Shown: positions 10,809 to 22,144 of the stretch, piece after piece
Layout of the letters: each line of letters begins with the position of its first letter
Position numbering within the stretch: the stretch's first letter is position 1
Origin: an uncultured delta proteobacterium
GTDB lineage: Bacteria; Desulfobacterota; Binatia; UBA9968
Assembly (NCBI GenBank): GCA_963737905.1
Contig: CAVTUQ010000014.1
Span: 1 to 64,000, forward strand
Length of the DNA stretch: 64,000 nt
Direction of reading: 5' to 3'
Made by a program: the position numbers and the translations under genes
Notes under the pieces: model-generated
Databases searched by the model: none
The model's input: the letters and a program-made list of their open reading frames with translations, nothing else
What the model was told of the DNA's origin: nothing

Positions 10809-11895
10809 TTATTTCTTTCCACCCTTGAGCGCAGTCTGCAGTTTTCCTCTCAATTCCGGGCTCATCCCCAAAAACTCGACCACGAGCTTATGAATTTCCT
10901 CACCGATCATCGGATCGATCTCCAGCTTGCCTTTTTCAGCATCAACCAACAGTTCCTTGTCGGCAAACACTTTCGCAAAGGCATTCTCCAATGCCGCCGC
11001 CCGGTCCGCGGGTGCGCCCGGGGGTAGAACATATACTTTCCCGAATTCATTTGGCGTACTCGTGCCATATTTAAGCAAGAGATTCTGTTCGCTGGTTTTA
11101 GTGATCATCGGAATAGTGGGGACATTGGGAATAATCAAGTCCTTGATCGGTTTTTCTGCCAATTGCGCCAACAGGAGCCATTCGCCGTTCTTGATCTTAT
11201 CGAAGGAGGTGATTTTCAACGAAGTCCAAGAGTTGAAAAACCCTTCGACCTCCCCGCCTTCGATGGCCATTCGCACGTCCGCCGTCCCCTTATAACCCAA
11301 AACGAGCTTGATATTGGCCCCAAGAATATCCCGCGCCAGCACCGCGCGCATGTTCGACGGTGGAGCCGGGAATGCCGCCGAAAACCACCTGCTTCGCCTT
11401 CGGTCCGATCAGCTCATCGAATTTTGCGACGCCGGGTTTCCTGGTAACGACCATTACATAGGATTCGCTCACGGGCACCGCGAGATAGCGAAACTTGGCC
11501 ATATCGTATTGCACCGCAGGATTGGCAAAAAGTTGTTCCAAAATGATTGGGCCTGAGATGTTTCCGACGACGGTACCGTCTTTTGGCGCGGCATTGAAGG
11601 TATGGTTCGCGGCGATGATACTGCCGGCGCCCGCCATGTTGTCAACAATGATAGCGGGATTGCCGGGAATATATTTGGATAGATGGCGCGCTATCAATCT
11701 CGAATACTGGTCATAGCCACCGCCTGCGGAAAAACCGACTATGATCCGGAGCGTCTTGCCGCGGTAGAAGTCGGCGACCGCTTTCTCATCGAAGCCCGGC
11801 TTTGCGGACTCCGCGGCCTGGACGGTAAACCCGGGCGGCGAAAAATCAACGAAAACTATCATTGCTAATAAGACCAGCATCCGCTTCACTTGCAT
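10809..11895 (-). CDS. Tripartite tricarboxylate transporter substrate-binding protein (Bug/TctC family), frameshifted near 11345
   Basis: FYRGKTLRIIVGFSAGGGYD, NMAGAGS, GYKGTADVRMAIEGGEV; split over two ORFs. Confidence 0.85.
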
Positions 11896-11937
11896 TCTTT
11901 TCTCCTCTTACTTCAGTCTCAGTGGGCTGAAATGCGC

Positions 11938-12910
11938 TTATAGGTTCTCCAGTCTCTTAAGGGTCGCCGCGTAGTCAACTACGGCCTTGTCGATCGGGTA
12001 ATCAGGCTCATAGCCCAATTGCTCTTTAGACCGGGAAAAATCGCTGGCTAGGCGACTCTCCGGATAGGGCATCGGGTTACCGCGTTTCACAAGCTCGATC
12101 CGAGATCCCGGAAAATGCTTTTTAATCGCGCCAAGGATCTCTTCGCCACCCACGAGCTGCCCGTTTCCGATGTGGAAGAGTTGATCTTTGAATTTGTCCT
12201 TCAAGACCGCCAAGACCGTCCCTTTGGCGGCATCTCTGCCGTAGAGCACTTCGGTGGGCCCGTAGGGCCAGTCAATCTTTGCTGACTCTCCTCTCAAAGC
12301 CGCTCGAATCATCTCTTGGATGGCGATTTCCCGCGTCGCTTTGAGAGCCGTCGGCGATGGCCCGTAAAGCCCGCCGACATAGCGCAGGCAGATAAACTCA
12401 AACCCATAACGTTTAGCGTAGGCTCGTCCCATGAATTCACAGCTGGCTTTGGTGGCCGCGTAAACGGAGGGTGGATTCATTGGAATGCTCTCGTCGATCT
12501 GCTTGAGCCCCTCTCCGATGGAGCCCAGGTAAACCGTGCCGGAGCTGGGAAAGACCACCCGCGTCACCTCTTCCAAGCGCGCCGCCTCAAAAACATTCAC
12601 CGATGCCCATGAAATTCAGCCGAACACCGCTGTAGGGCCTACGCTGAACCTCCTCACCCAGAAACGCCGCCAGGTGGATGATGCGATCGCAATCATTGTC
12701 CCGAATAGCGGAAATAAGAGCCGGGAGATCCATCATATCTCCACGAATCATCGTGACCTTGCTGGTATCCACACCCACAGCGTTCAGCAGCCGCTCGTTG
12801 AGCGCTACATCGAAGATGACTGGCCGTTCGCCGCGCTCGAGTAACATCCCGGTCGCATAGGCGCCCACCAAGCCCGTGCCGCCGGTAATGAGTATTCCCT
12901 TTTTGGCCAT
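11938..12910 (-). CDS. NAD-dependent epimerase/dehydratase, frameshifted near 12600
   Basis: ITGGTGLVG, IIHLAA in ORF 12587-12910; YAATK in ORF 11938-12600. Confidence 0.85.
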
Positions 12911-13193
12911 ACGTGCCTCCCCACTTGCGACGTGCCTCTACTATATCAAAAGAATTATCGAGTCAACGTACAAAGGGCAAGAATCCACTTTCGAGTCTTC
13001 AGCACTTAGTCCCTTTGAAAGAGCTTTTTCGAGGATTTCTGATGCTTTACTTTGAAATAGGACACGATACCGTTTAAACATAGGCTACATAATACTTTGG
13101 TAGGATATTCGTCACGGCCGGGCATGAGCCCCGCTTGACCTTAGAAACAGTGAAATGATAGTTTCCGCGTCTAATCAAGTAGGAGGGTCCGAT

Positions 13194-14180
13194 ATGCTAC
13201 AGAAATTGGTGATCGGCGTTGCTTGTCTGGTTGTTCTTTTTTCTAACTCTCAAGGGGTCGCACAAGAAAAATTGCGGCTGGCGTGGGCCGGTTTTAGCCC
13301 AACCAACAGTCCGATATGGGTGATCGAAGACAGAAAACTCCTACAGAAAATGGGCGTCGAGCCCGAAATTATTGCCATCGGCAACAGTCCGACGGTCCTT
13401 CAAGCGCTCCTCGCAGGTGAAATCGATGCCTCTAGCATCTCGGTGACGACACTCACAAGTTCACGCCTAGCAGGCGCGGACACAGTGATGATTGTCGGTG
13501 TGGTTCCGACATTTGTCGACCACATCGTTTCCGTGTCCACCCTTACGTCCGTAGAGCAACTTAAGGGCAAAACGGGCGGTGTTAACCGCTTGGGAACTAC
13601 CTCTGACTTGGGACTACGACTAGCGCTAACGAAATTGGGAATTGTGCCTGATAAGGATGTGAAGATCATTCCCACGGGCGGCACCGCAGAGCGATTCGCG
13701 GCACTATCGAAGGGAATAACTCAATTCACGATTATACCGGAACCTTTCGTGACGCAGGCGGAAAAACTCGGTTTGCGTAATCTTTATAATATCAGCGATC
13801 TGAAAATTCCCTTTTGGTGGAATGGCATTCTCTCCCGCGAGAGCATCGTTAAAGCAAAGCGGCCACTGATGCTGAAACTCGCTCGCGCCATGGTCGAAGC
13901 GATACATGTCATCAAAACCGAGAAGGAATATGCCATCAGTCTGTTCAAGAAAAATTTGGGCGTTACCGATCCCGTAGGATTAGAGAGAGCCTACAGAGAT
14001 TATTCCAACGTTTTTCCGGAAGTCCCCTATCCCACTCCGGATGGCGTCAAGACGATGCTCGATTATATGGCGCGCACGAATCCGAAGGCCGCAACTGCAG
14101 ACCCCAAAGCGTTTGTCGATCCGAGCTTGATCCGCGAGCTGGATAGCTCCGGCTTCATCAAGCAGCTATACAAAAAATAG
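13194..14180 (+). CDS. ABC substrate-binding protein, NMT1/THI5/SsuA-like
   Basis: AGGAGG RBS before ATG 13194, signal peptide, LKGKTGGVNRLGTTSD, SGFIKQLY. Confidence 0.88.
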   Translation: MLQKLVIGVACLVVLFSNSQGVAQEKLRLAWAGFSPTNSPIWVIEDRKLLQKMGVEPEIIAIGNSPTVLQALLAGEIDASSISVTTLTSSRLAGADTVMIVGVVPTFVDHIVSVSTLTSVEQLKGKTGGVNRLGTTSDLGLRLALTKLGIVPDKDVKIIPTGGTAERFAALSKGITQFTIIPEPFVTQAEKLGLRNLYNISDLKIPFWWNGILSRESIVKAKRPLMLKLARAMVEAIHVIKTEKEYAISLFKKNLGVTDPVGLERAYRDYSNVFPEVPYPTPDGVKTMLDYMARTNPKAATADPKAFVDPSLIRELDSSGFIKQLYKK

Positions 14181-14182
14181 TT

Positions 14183-14256
14183 GTTCAAAGTTCAAGGTTC
14201 AAAGGTTCAATGTCCCCTCCCCTACTTTTGAACCTTGAACTTTTGAACCTTTGAAC
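14183..14256. repeat. Intergenic hairpin built from GTTCAA/TTGAAC 7-8-mer tandem repeats (copy 1 of 4)
   Basis: Four GTTCAA units, a spacer, then four TTGAAC units. Confidence 0.85.
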
Positions 14257-14283
14257 CGTTAATCTACGAGGAGGAACCTAGCA

Positions 14284-15099
14284 ATGGCCGATGAACATCC
14301 GAGACTAAAGAAAGGCCTCGGCAGACTCGAGGGCAAAGTGGCGATTGTCACGGGGGCAAACAGCGGCATCGGCCGCGCCACGGCGCGCCTCTTTGCGCGC
14401 GAGGGAGCGAAAGTGGTTTGCTGCGATATTCAGGAGACCATCGAGCCGCGAATCGACAAACTCATCGAACAGGATGGCGGACAAGCGGTCTTTGCCAAGA
14501 TCGACGTAACGAAGCAGGAAGATTGCGACCGGATGGTTGCCACGGCCTTAGAAAAGTTCGGAGGCGTGGACATCCTTTACAACAATGCCGGCGCCGGGAT
14601 CCGAAAGAAACTCCACGAGCACACAGATGAAGAATGGAACTTCGTGCTCAATGTCAACCTGAACGCGATGTTTCGCGGCGCCCGTGCCGTATTGCCGCAT
14701 TTTATCAAGAAAGGCAGTGGTAATATTGTCACTACCGCATCGACTTTCGGGCTTTTGGCGTCCGCTGAATATCCCGGTTACTGCGCGACCAAGGCCGCCA
14801 TCGTCAATCTAACCCGCGAGATGGCGCTGGACTACGGCCCCCACGGTATCCGAGTCAACTGCGTTTGCCCCGGCGCGATTGAAACACCCCGCTTCCGCGG
14901 CTTTCCCCCGCGCCGGACCATCGATGAAAACACAACCGAAGAACAGCGCGCGAGGATGGCGAGCAGCAACAAAGCCCTGCTGCGTATGGGCGCTCCCGAA
15001 GAAATCGCCTACGGCGTCCTATTTCTAGTTTCGGACGAAGCTTCCTTCGTCACCGGCCACGCCCTCGTGATCGACGGAGGACAAGTTTTAGACGCGTGA
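14284..15099 (+). CDS. SDR family oxidoreductase
   Basis: [24 protein letters not shown]. Confidence 0.92.
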   Translation: MADEHPRLKKGLGRLEGKVAIVTGANSGIGRATARLFAREGAKVVCCDIQETIEPRIDKLIEQDGGQAVFAKIDVTKQEDCDRMVATALEKFGGVDILYNNAGAGIRKKLHEHTDEEWNFVLNVNLNAMFRGARAVLPHFIKKGSGNIVTTASTFGLLASAEYPGYCATKAAIVNLTREMALDYGPHGIRVNCVCPGAIETPRFRGFPPRRTIDENTTEEQRARMASSNKALLRMGAPEEIAYGVLFLVSDEASFVTGHALVIDGGQVLDA

Positions 15100-15343
15100 A
15101 GCCATTTGGATTTTTGATTTTTGGAATGTATCGCTCGCAGGAAACTCACGGGTATAAGAAAGCATTTATTTGTGCGGACTGAGCGCCAGAGCGATCACCT
15201 CAGAATGTTCTAATCAGGGGCAGTTCCGGTCTCGCCCGGATTTCCCGACGGTTCGAGAACCTCACCGTCCCGAGGGCAATCGAGCGATAGAAGCATTCGG
15301 GAATGACAGATGCTACGAGGTCTGGGCTGGCTCAAGCAGCTCT

Positions 15344-16435
15344 TTACTTCCTGACGATGTACCAATTGTTCTGAATGTCGTGAGATAGCTCGTGTTTCTC
15401 GATGGAACGGAAACCTGCGCGAGCAAGATATTCGCGTGTTTTCTCCTCGCCCCACATCGCGCCCAACCCTTCGCCGCCCTGCGCTAGCGATACGGTCATG
15501 CAGTGCATGCAGGAAACGGTATAAAGCGCCGTGCCCAGCGGATGATCGATGTTCTTATGATGCTCGCTCGAACCCTTGATGTCTTGCATGAGGTAGACAC
15601 CGCCACTTCTCAGGGTTCGATGGATACCTTTTAGAACATTCAGGGGTTTGGCCTGATCATGAATGGCGTCGAAGGTCGTGACCAAATCGAACGCTTCCAG
15701 CTCGGCCTTTTCGTGGAAGTCGCTCAGATCTGAGACAATGAACTCGACGTTACGCAATTTCTTCTCGGCCGCTTCTTCCCACGCGGTCAGGGTCGCCTCG
15801 CCTGAAAGATCGATTCCAGTGAAACGGCTCTTCGGGTAAAGCTCGGCGAGCCGGTTCATGATACGGCCGCGACCACAACCGACGTCCAGCATCTGCATGC
15901 CCGCCACCAGCCGATCAGCCAAACCCGGCACAAGCGGCACGATGTGTGTCTCCAACGATGACAGGACCGATTGGCCGCTGTCTTCCGCCATCACAGCGTG
16001 AAAGCGCGGGAACTTTGAGTACGGTACTCCACCGCCCTTCTTGAAGCATTCGACGATTTCGTCTTCAACGCTGCCGAGCAGGCTAATATACTGCGTGAAG
16101 ACGCCGATATTATCCGCTCCTGCCGCACGCGTGAGAAACGCCGCATGCTCGGGAGGGAGGAGATAGCGTTTCGTATCGGGGTCGACGTCGACTACACGGC
16201 CGGTGACCATCGCCCCGAGCCACTCGCGCACGTAACGCTCGTTGAGCCCTGCGCGGCGCGCGATTTCATCGGACGTACCGGGCGGCAATTCCCGCATCGC
16301 ATCGAATAACCCTACGCGGTGACCGATAGAAACCATTAGGCAAAGAGCGCCGTCGTTGAGCACGCGCAATAAACGACCCGAAAACGCATCGGCTTTCGCG
16401 GAATCGAACTCAGGTTTCTTCACCGAATCTGACAT
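15344..16435 (-). CDS. Class I SAM-dependent methyltransferase with N-terminal winged helix (Rv2258c-like)
   Basis: GLNERYVREWL, LDVGCGRG, FDAIHDQ, GLGAMWG. Confidence 0.88.
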   Translation of the reverse strand: MSDSVKKPEFDSAKADAFSGRLLRVLNDGALCLMVSIGHRVGLFDAMRELPPGTSDEIARRAGLNERYVREWLGAMVTGRVVDVDPDTKRYLLPPEHAAFLTRAAGADNIGVFTQYISLLGSVEDEIVECFKKGGGVPYSKFPRFHAVMAEDSGQSVLSSLETHIVPLVPGLADRLVAGMQMLDVGCGRGRIMNRLAELYPKSRFTGIDLSGEATLTAWEEAAEKKLRNVEFIVSDLSDFHEKAELEAFDLVTTFDAIHDQAKPLNVLKGIHRTLRSGGVYLMQDIKGSSEHHKNIDHPLGTALYTVSCMHCMTVSLAQGGEGLGAMWGEEKTREYLARAGFRSIEKHELSHDIQNNWYIVRK

Positions 16436-16507
16436 AGAACCTCATTGTAAAAGTTTAAAAGAGTGATGCAACCCCAAAGATTAGCTCAATGCGATGCAGC
16501 GCGGATC

Positions 16508-17404
16508 TCATGGCTGATTTGCTGTCTCGCCCGGCGCCGAAGATTTCATGATTGGCAGATACTCTTGAGCAAACACCGAGATGGCCTCGGCCAAATCGGT
16601 GGCCGTTCGCTCCAGAATTGCTCGGGCTCGGAGCTTTGTTCCGATTTCCAACTGGATCGCGTCAATTCCGCTCCCCCGACGGCTGCCATAGGTTTGAACG
16701 ATATAGCCACCCACATATCGCTGTTCGTTGTGGGGTTCCTTTGTCGAGGGCAAAGCCTGGTATCCCATCCGTTCCAATTGGCTGAAGATACTTTTCGGCC
16801 CTGTAATCGCTGCCATACCGAAGCGTCGAGTCAGTGATGCGATAGTCTTGCCATTACCGGTTCCCCGGTAGATTGCGTCGGCTTGGGTTCCCTGGCCGTG
16901 GATATCAAGCAGCAAACCATACCCCCACTCTGTGCTCACCCGGTCATGCGCCTCCCGCAACGCGTTGTGGTAGCCATCGTAATAGCTTTTTGCCTCCTCT
17001 GACTCATAAGCAATCTCGGCGGGTCGGTTAGCATCCAGGTACTTCCGTTCGAAACGGGCGACAATCAAAAACGGTTTTGCGTTGAACCTCTTCTCCAGCC
17101 GGACGGCAATTGTCTCCGCCAACTCATCTGTGTTGTTATCCCGTCCGGTTGCAAATTGAATCACTCCAAATCCACGTCGAACTGGCACCCCTGGGATCGA
17201 CTGACGGCCGCCGTGGGGCGCGGACAATATGATCGGCAACATCCCCGCCCACACCGTCAAAAGCTTTTGACGCTCCGATTGGTTCTGCGCAAAGCTCTCG
17301 AAAGACCAGCCAAGAACCGCAACGGAAAAGAAGATGATGTGAAAACTGCACCGTTGCAATGTAATGGCCGACAAGGGCTTCGAAAAAATTGTCTCCTGTA
17401 ACAC
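16508..17404 (-). CDS. N-formylglutamate amidohydrolase-like zinc hydrolase, probably exported
   Basis: SAPHGG, LDANR, YYDGYH, LLDIHG, IQLEIG; hydrophobic N-terminus ending in SFA. Confidence 0.7.
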   Translation of the reverse strand: MLQETIFSKPLSAITLQRCSFHIIFFSVAVLGWSFESFAQNQSERQKLLTVWAGMLPIILSAPHGGRQSIPGVPVRRGFGVIQFATGRDNNTDELAETIAVRLEKRFNAKPFLIVARFERKYLDANRPAEIAYESEEAKSYYDGYHNALREAHDRVSTEWGYGLLLDIHGQGTQADAIYRGTGNGKTIASLTRRFGMAAITGPKSIFSQLERMGYQALPSTKEPHNEQRYVGGYIVQTYGSRRGSGIDAIQLEIGTKLRARAILERTATDLAEAISVFAQEYLPIMKSSAPGETANQP

Positions 17405-17429
17405 AATGGTACCCTTAACTCCTTACGCC

Positions 17430-18305
17430 TCACCCCTTCCTGCTCACGTGAGGGATCGAGGGGTTTGTTCCCGGCGGCCCCAACCGTTCGATCACGTACC
17501 CGTCAGGATAGGTGGGATGCCCCATCTTGGTGCGGAGCCGCGGTTCCTTAACTGGAGGCAGAAAACGCGTGCACGCTGCACGCAGACGTAAAGCGCCGGG
17601 CACAAGCCAACGCATAAACCGCGACGGCTGCGGAAAGCCAAAAGCCTCAATGAGCCGGTCGTCAAGCAAGGCATAAATTGCCGACCGCACCACGGGCGCC
17701 AGAAAGCGCGGAAACCAACTAGCAAACAATTCACGGGTTGCCGCACCGACTCGCCGATTGGCTTCGGTGAAACGATAGTGTTGTCTCTCGTAGTCTCTAT
17801 TAAAGCGTTCGAAAACAGCATAGTCCTCGGGAATATCACGGATGTTCATCCTCCGGCCGACTTCGCGCCAAAAGTAACAGTAACCCAACCGCTCCTGCTC
17901 GCAGAGCGAACGCCAACCGAAGCGTTCATTCCAACGGATCGGCTCAAAGATAAATGTGGACAACACGTACAGGAAATCTTCATTGGCGATCGTGAAGCGG
18001 CCATGCAATTGGTTCAGGCGCCGGAGCGCCCGTTTGCCGCGCTCGCTGTCGTAGCCCCATTCCAACAACTCGCTGACGATTATATCCGTGTCGTCATAAC
18101 GCTTCTGGGAACGCTTCGAAAACTCCCCCGTCCGGTCAAGCAAGGCCGATATGGTAGGGACACAAAAGGTGCGAAACAGGGCGAATTCCAATGCGCGCGT
18201 CGTATCGAAGGGAAAATCGTAGCAGGTGGAGAGAAAGATAATACGCTGATGATCCGGCTCGGGATCCAGCCGTTCAATGGCATGCATAATGGCGTAGCGG
18301 GACAT
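17430..18305 (-). CDS. DUF2236 / MpaB-family oxygenase-like protein
   Basis: KRYDDT, LNQLHGRF, EDFLYVLSTF, FWREVGRRMNI. Confidence 0.82.
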   Translation of the reverse strand: MSRYAIMHAIERLDPEPDHQRIIFLSTCYDFPFDTTRALEFALFRTFCVPTISALLDRTGEFSKRSQKRYDDTDIIVSELLEWGYDSERGKRALRRLNQLHGRFTIANEDFLYVLSTFIFEPIRWNERFGWRSLCEQERLGYCYFWREVGRRMNIRDIPEDYAVFERFNRDYERQHYRFTEANRRVGAATRELFASWFPRFLAPVVRSAIYALLDDRLIEAFGFPQPSRFMRWLVPGALRLRAACTRFLPPVKEPRLRTKMGHPTYPDGYVIERLGPPGTNPSIPHVSRKG

Positions 18306-18368
18306 GTCAGATCTGATCCGCGGCCGGTTGGACTGAATTTCAACTACATAAAAAGGGGGTTCGCGTTC

Positions 18369-19110
18369 TCACTTTGCCTCAGGCACTTTCTTGCGCAGCG
18401 CATCAAGAAAACCGGGCGGGAAAGGTTCGCTGTTCGAGCTCCATGGCTCGCTTGGCCTTGACCCATGCCTCAGAATATCTTTCCTGCTCGTATAGCGAAA
18501 AGGCCCATTCGCGCCAACTGCGGGCGTAATTCGGGTCTATCTCCAAACTCTCTGTAAAGCGGTTGTTCGCGGTGACGAAATGCTGCGCACGGTCGAGCTG
18601 TTTATCTGCCGGCAAACGCGCCCCATAGGCTGAATGCACCGCGCCCAGATCCGACAGCAGAGCCACTCTTTGTTTTGGATCGTCGATGAGCTCTCTTGCC
18701 GTTTCAAGCTGCTCAATAGCTTCGGCCAATTTTCCCTGCTCGCTCAGCACCGCTCCGAATCCCCAGAAGGCTTGATAGTTTTTCGGGTTAAGCAGCCACG
18801 ATTCGTTGAATCGCCGTATAGCAACGTCCAACATGCCCTTCCTGACGCTCGCCCACCCCTGCTCCGCCAAGGCGCGGCTCGCAGCCTGACGGTTGCCGAA
18901 CCTAAAAGTCGCATCTCGAATGAAATCCTCGTCGCTCTTCTTCAGAGTCTCCGGCCGAGTGATTCCAGGCTGGCCAAACATCGGCAATTTTTCGCTTGGA
19001 TCACTTTGGGCCGCCACAAAACTCACCGGCAAAACCATCCCCAAAGCGACGAGAAACAGTAGACACAGACGGCACTGAGTTCGTTTGTTCTTTAAAGTTG
19101 AATTGTGCAT
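18369..19110 (-). CDS. Exported TPR-repeat protein (probable frameshift near 18435)
   Basis: Signal peptide, RFNESWLLNP...WGFG TPR units; alternative frame gives a plausible end SEPFPPGFLDALRKKVPEAK* at 18369. Confidence 0.75.
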
Positions 19111-19186
19111 GAAACAATTTCTTGCTTTCGAATCGTGTCATAATAGCAGCGTCAAAACGGTTCTGCCATCATTCCCATCGCTAAAC

Positions 19187-19216
19187 TTGACACTTCTCAA
19201 AGTTAGGAGTTATTTT
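19187..19216 (+). promoter_or_regulatory. Putative sigma70 promoter
   Basis: TTGACA-N18-TATTTT upstream of the SDR at 19248. Confidence 0.4.
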
Positions 19217-19247
19217 GACGGCAAATTGAATCGACTAGGAGAACTCG

Positions 19248-20018
19248 ATGATCGAAGGACTCAAAGACAAAGTGGCCATCGTAACAGGCGGGGGACATGG
19301 GATCGGGCGGGCATATTCTTTAGGTTTCGGGGGTGCCGGTGCGAGAGTGGTCGTCGCTGACATCGACGAGCCGGCGGCGGTGAAAGTGGCAAAGGAAGTC
19401 AATACGCAGACGGATGCCAAGTCGCTATCGGTAAAAGTCGATGTAGCCAATGAGGTGTCGGCTCAAATGATGGTGCAGACCATCCTGGAGCAATTTGGCC
19501 GCATCGACATTCTGGTTAATAACGCGGCGATCTTTGCCACCATTCCCATGAACCGTGGAGGGATCGATACCATCGACCCCGCGGAGTGGGACCGCATGAT
19601 GGCGGTCAATTTAAAAGGCTTATTTTTTTGCTGCCGCGCCGTGTTGCCGGCTATGCGCAAACAGAGGTCGGGTAAGATCGTCAACATCTCCTCCGGCACC
19701 GCCTTGAATGGCAGTGCCGGCCGTATTCATTACGTCACTTCTAAAGCCGGCGTGATTGGTTTTACTCGCTGTCTCGCCCGTGAGGTCGGCGACGATAACA
19801 TCAATGTCAACGCCATCGCCCCGGGCTCTACCCTGTCGGAAGACAACCCCAGCGAGGATATCATCAAAATGCGCTCGGCAAGAGTTGGCGACCGGGCATT
19901 GAAGCGAGTGCAACTACCAAAGGACCTGGTCGGAACCGTGCTTTTCCTCTCTTCGCCGTTGAGCGATTTCATGACCGGCCAAACGGTTGCTGTCGACGGC
20001 GGGGTCGCTTTCTTGTAA
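19248..20018 (+). CDS. SDR family oxidoreductase
   Basis: TGGGHGIG, NNAA, YVTSK, VNAIAPG. Confidence 0.92.
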   Translation: MIEGLKDKVAIVTGGGHGIGRAYSLGFGGAGARVVVADIDEPAAVKVAKEVNTQTDAKSLSVKVDVANEVSAQMMVQTILEQFGRIDILVNNAAIFATIPMNRGGIDTIDPAEWDRMMAVNLKGLFFCCRAVLPAMRKQRSGKIVNISSGTALNGSAGRIHYVTSKAGVIGFTRCLAREVGDDNINVNAIAPGSTLSEDNPSEDIIKMRSARVGDRALKRVQLPKDLVGTVLFLSSPLSDFMTGQTVAVDGGVAFL

Positions 20019-20025
20019 CGAAGGA

Positions 20026-20120
20026 GTTCAATTCAAGTTCAATGTTCAAAGTGTACGCTTCGCGTAGCTAGAGCCTTCGCTGCGTCCAGGACGTTGAACC
20101 TTGAACTTTAAACGTTGAAC
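20026..20120. repeat. GTTCAA/TTGAAC tandem-oligomer hairpin (copy 2)
   Basis: GTTCAA units at 20026-20049 and TTGAAC units at 20094-20120, between co-directional genes. Confidence 0.8.
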
Positions 20121-20129
20121 GTCATTCTT

Positions 20130-20951
20130 ATGATGGCTTACCATCACCGAACCTTATTCGTTGGCGACATCAAAACTCATTTCCTCGAAGCCGGCCAAGG
20201 TCCCGAACTAATCTTGCTTCATGGCGGCGAGTATGGCGCGTCCGCAGAAATCACCTGGAAGTACAACATCGGCGCCCTAGCGGAACGATTTCACGTTATC
20301 GCGCCGGACATGTTGGGTTGGGGCGGGACGGACAAAATTTACAATTTCTCCGATCCAGCGGGTTATCGAATCAACCATTTAAGGCGACTGTTTGATCTGC
20401 TGGGGATTCGCCAGGCGTTTTTTGTCGGCAGCTCAGCCGGAGGCGGCACTATTCTTCGCGCGGCGGTCATGGAACCGCTCCCCCTTCAAATTCAGAGAAT
20501 GGTCACGATTTGCGGCAATGCAAGCGTTTTCAAGACCAACTCTCAAGCTGATCTCGATAATTATGTTCCATCTCTTGAGAATATGAAGAAAATCGTGGCC
20601 CTGCTTTACCACGATTCCAAGTGGCAGGCGGAGGAAAATATCCGGGAGCGCTATGATAGCTCGATCATCCCTGGCGCATGGGAAGCGTTATCCGCCACGC
20701 GGCTTAGAAGCCCGGTGCATCAGACGCGATCGACCACCGACGCATTCGTCAAAAAGCTCTCCCACTTGCGCATCCCGCTCCTCATCATGTCGTGCGAACA
20801 TGACCCGCTCAACCAGAAAGACTGGGACGCGGAATTTCAAAAGATCGTCCCCGGCTCCAGAGTTTACCGATTTAAGAATTCGTCCCACGAGCCGCAGATT
20901 GAAGAGACCGAGGAATTCAATCGCGTGCTGACCGAGTTCTTGCTCGCTTAG
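20130..20951 (+). CDS. Alpha/beta hydrolase (meta-cleavage product hydrolase-like)
   Basis: LLHGG, APDMLGWG, nucleophile elbow GSSAGG, catalytic His in SSHEPQIE. Confidence 0.85.
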   Translation: MMAYHHRTLFVGDIKTHFLEAGQGPELILLHGGEYGASAEITWKYNIGALAERFHVIAPDMLGWGGTDKIYNFSDPAGYRINHLRRLFDLLGIRQAFFVGSSAGGGTILRAAVMEPLPLQIQRMVTICGNASVFKTNSQADLDNYVPSLENMKKIVALLYHDSKWQAEENIRERYDSSIIPGAWEALSATRLRSPVHQTRSTTDAFVKKLSHLRIPLLIMSCEHDPLNQKDWDAEFQKIVPGSRVYRFKNSSHEPQIEETEEFNRVLTEFLLA

Positions 20952-21007
20952 CAACTGTAACACGATGCTACAGGTCCACTTGCGCCGGGTCTGGTCTCAG
21001 AGAACGC

Positions 21008-21090
21008 GTCATATCCGCGAAAGCGGGTATCCAGGCGAATCGGCGGCAAAACCGGAAAGGACTGGATTCCCTTCCCGCCTTCGCGGGAAT
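21008..21090. repeat. REP/dRS3-like palindromic element
   Basis: GTCATATCCGCGAAAGCGGGTATCCAG ... CTGGATTCCC..CCCGCCTTCGCGGGAAT, an inverted pair with internal GAAA/TTCG hairpins. Confidence 0.7.
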
Positions 21091-21107
21091 TCTAACTGGA
21101 GGCTTGC

Positions 21108-22103
21108 ATGACCAAATCGATAGCTCGAGCATTCTTAGTCTTAACGTTACTTTTTCCTTGCACTTTTGACTTCGCCTTCGCGCAACTGACAAAGGTCAAA
21201 ACCTCGTACAGCGCACTGACGGCGAATATGGCGGCTTATTGGCTAGCCAAAGACGCAAAAATCTTCGAAAAGCACGGGCTCGATGTCGACGTTGTCTTAA
21301 TCGAGAGCGGCACCACAACCATCCAGGCGCTCGTTGCCGGCGAAACACAAATCGCCATGGGGGGCGGGACGGTGGCCGTGAGCAGCGCTCTGGCCGGTGC
21401 GGATCTCATTTCCATCGCCAGCATCGAGAGTCGCCTTCCCTACGGCCTGCTTGCCCAAAAGGAGATCAAAACGTTGGAGCAGTTGAAGGGGAAGAGACAT
21501 GCCATCTCTCGTTTCGGCAGCATAGCGGATTTGGGATCGAGATTGATTCTGCAGCGATTTGGCTTGATCCCGGACAAAGATATTACCCTTCTCCAAATTG
21601 GCGGAACCAGTACTCGTCTGGCGGCATTGAGTAAGAGAACAGTCGATTCAACGATCCTAACGCCGGAATTCTTTCTAGTCGCCAAGAAGGCAGGATTTAC
21701 AATCTTGGTGGACCCCACGCAGTACCAGATCGATTTTCCGCAACTCGAAGTCATAACGACTCGGTCTTTTGTCAAATCCCGACCTGATGTTGCGACAAGA
21801 TATTTACGCTCGCTCATTGAGGGGATTCACCTGTACAAACAGGATCGCGAAGCGAGCATTCGAGCGTTGACCAAATATCTGCGAATCGACGATCGGGAAA
21901 CACTGGAGGAGGTCTACCGGATCTATTATGAGATTTATCAGCCGATTCCGTATCCTTCGGCTTCCGCCATTCAAACGCAGCTGACCTGGATGGCCGAGCG
22001 CGATCCCCGCGCCAAGAACGCCAAGCCGGAACAATTCATCGACGGGAGTTTTTTGCGCGAGATTGAAAAGAGCGGATTCGTTTCGAAGCTGTATCAGAAG
22101 TAG
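21108..22103 (+). CDS. ABC substrate-binding protein, NMT1/THI5/SsuA-like
   Basis: Signal peptide, KHGLDVDVV, LKGKRHAISRFGS, SGFVSKLY. Confidence 0.88.
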   Translation: MTKSIARAFLVLTLLFPCTFDFAFAQLTKVKTSYSALTANMAAYWLAKDAKIFEKHGLDVDVVLIESGTTTIQALVAGETQIAMGGGTVAVSSALAGADLISIASIESRLPYGLLAQKEIKTLEQLKGKRHAISRFGSIADLGSRLILQRFGLIPDKDITLLQIGGTSTRLAALSKRTVDSTILTPEFFLVAKKAGFTILVDPTQYQIDFPQLEVITTRSFVKSRPDVATRYLRSLIEGIHLYKQDREASIRALTKYLRIDDRETLEEVYRIYYEIYQPIPYPSASAIQTQLTWMAERDPRAKNAKPEQFIDGSFLREIEKSGFVSKLYQK

Positions 22104-22144
22104 GCGCAACCAAACTTGAGGGATTACGTGATATTCGCCGGTCG

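Noticed and set aside
14183-14256. Tandem short repeats as a possible CRISPR array
   Set aside because: Units are 7-9 bp in inverted arms with no unique 30-40 bp spacers, and there are no cas genes.
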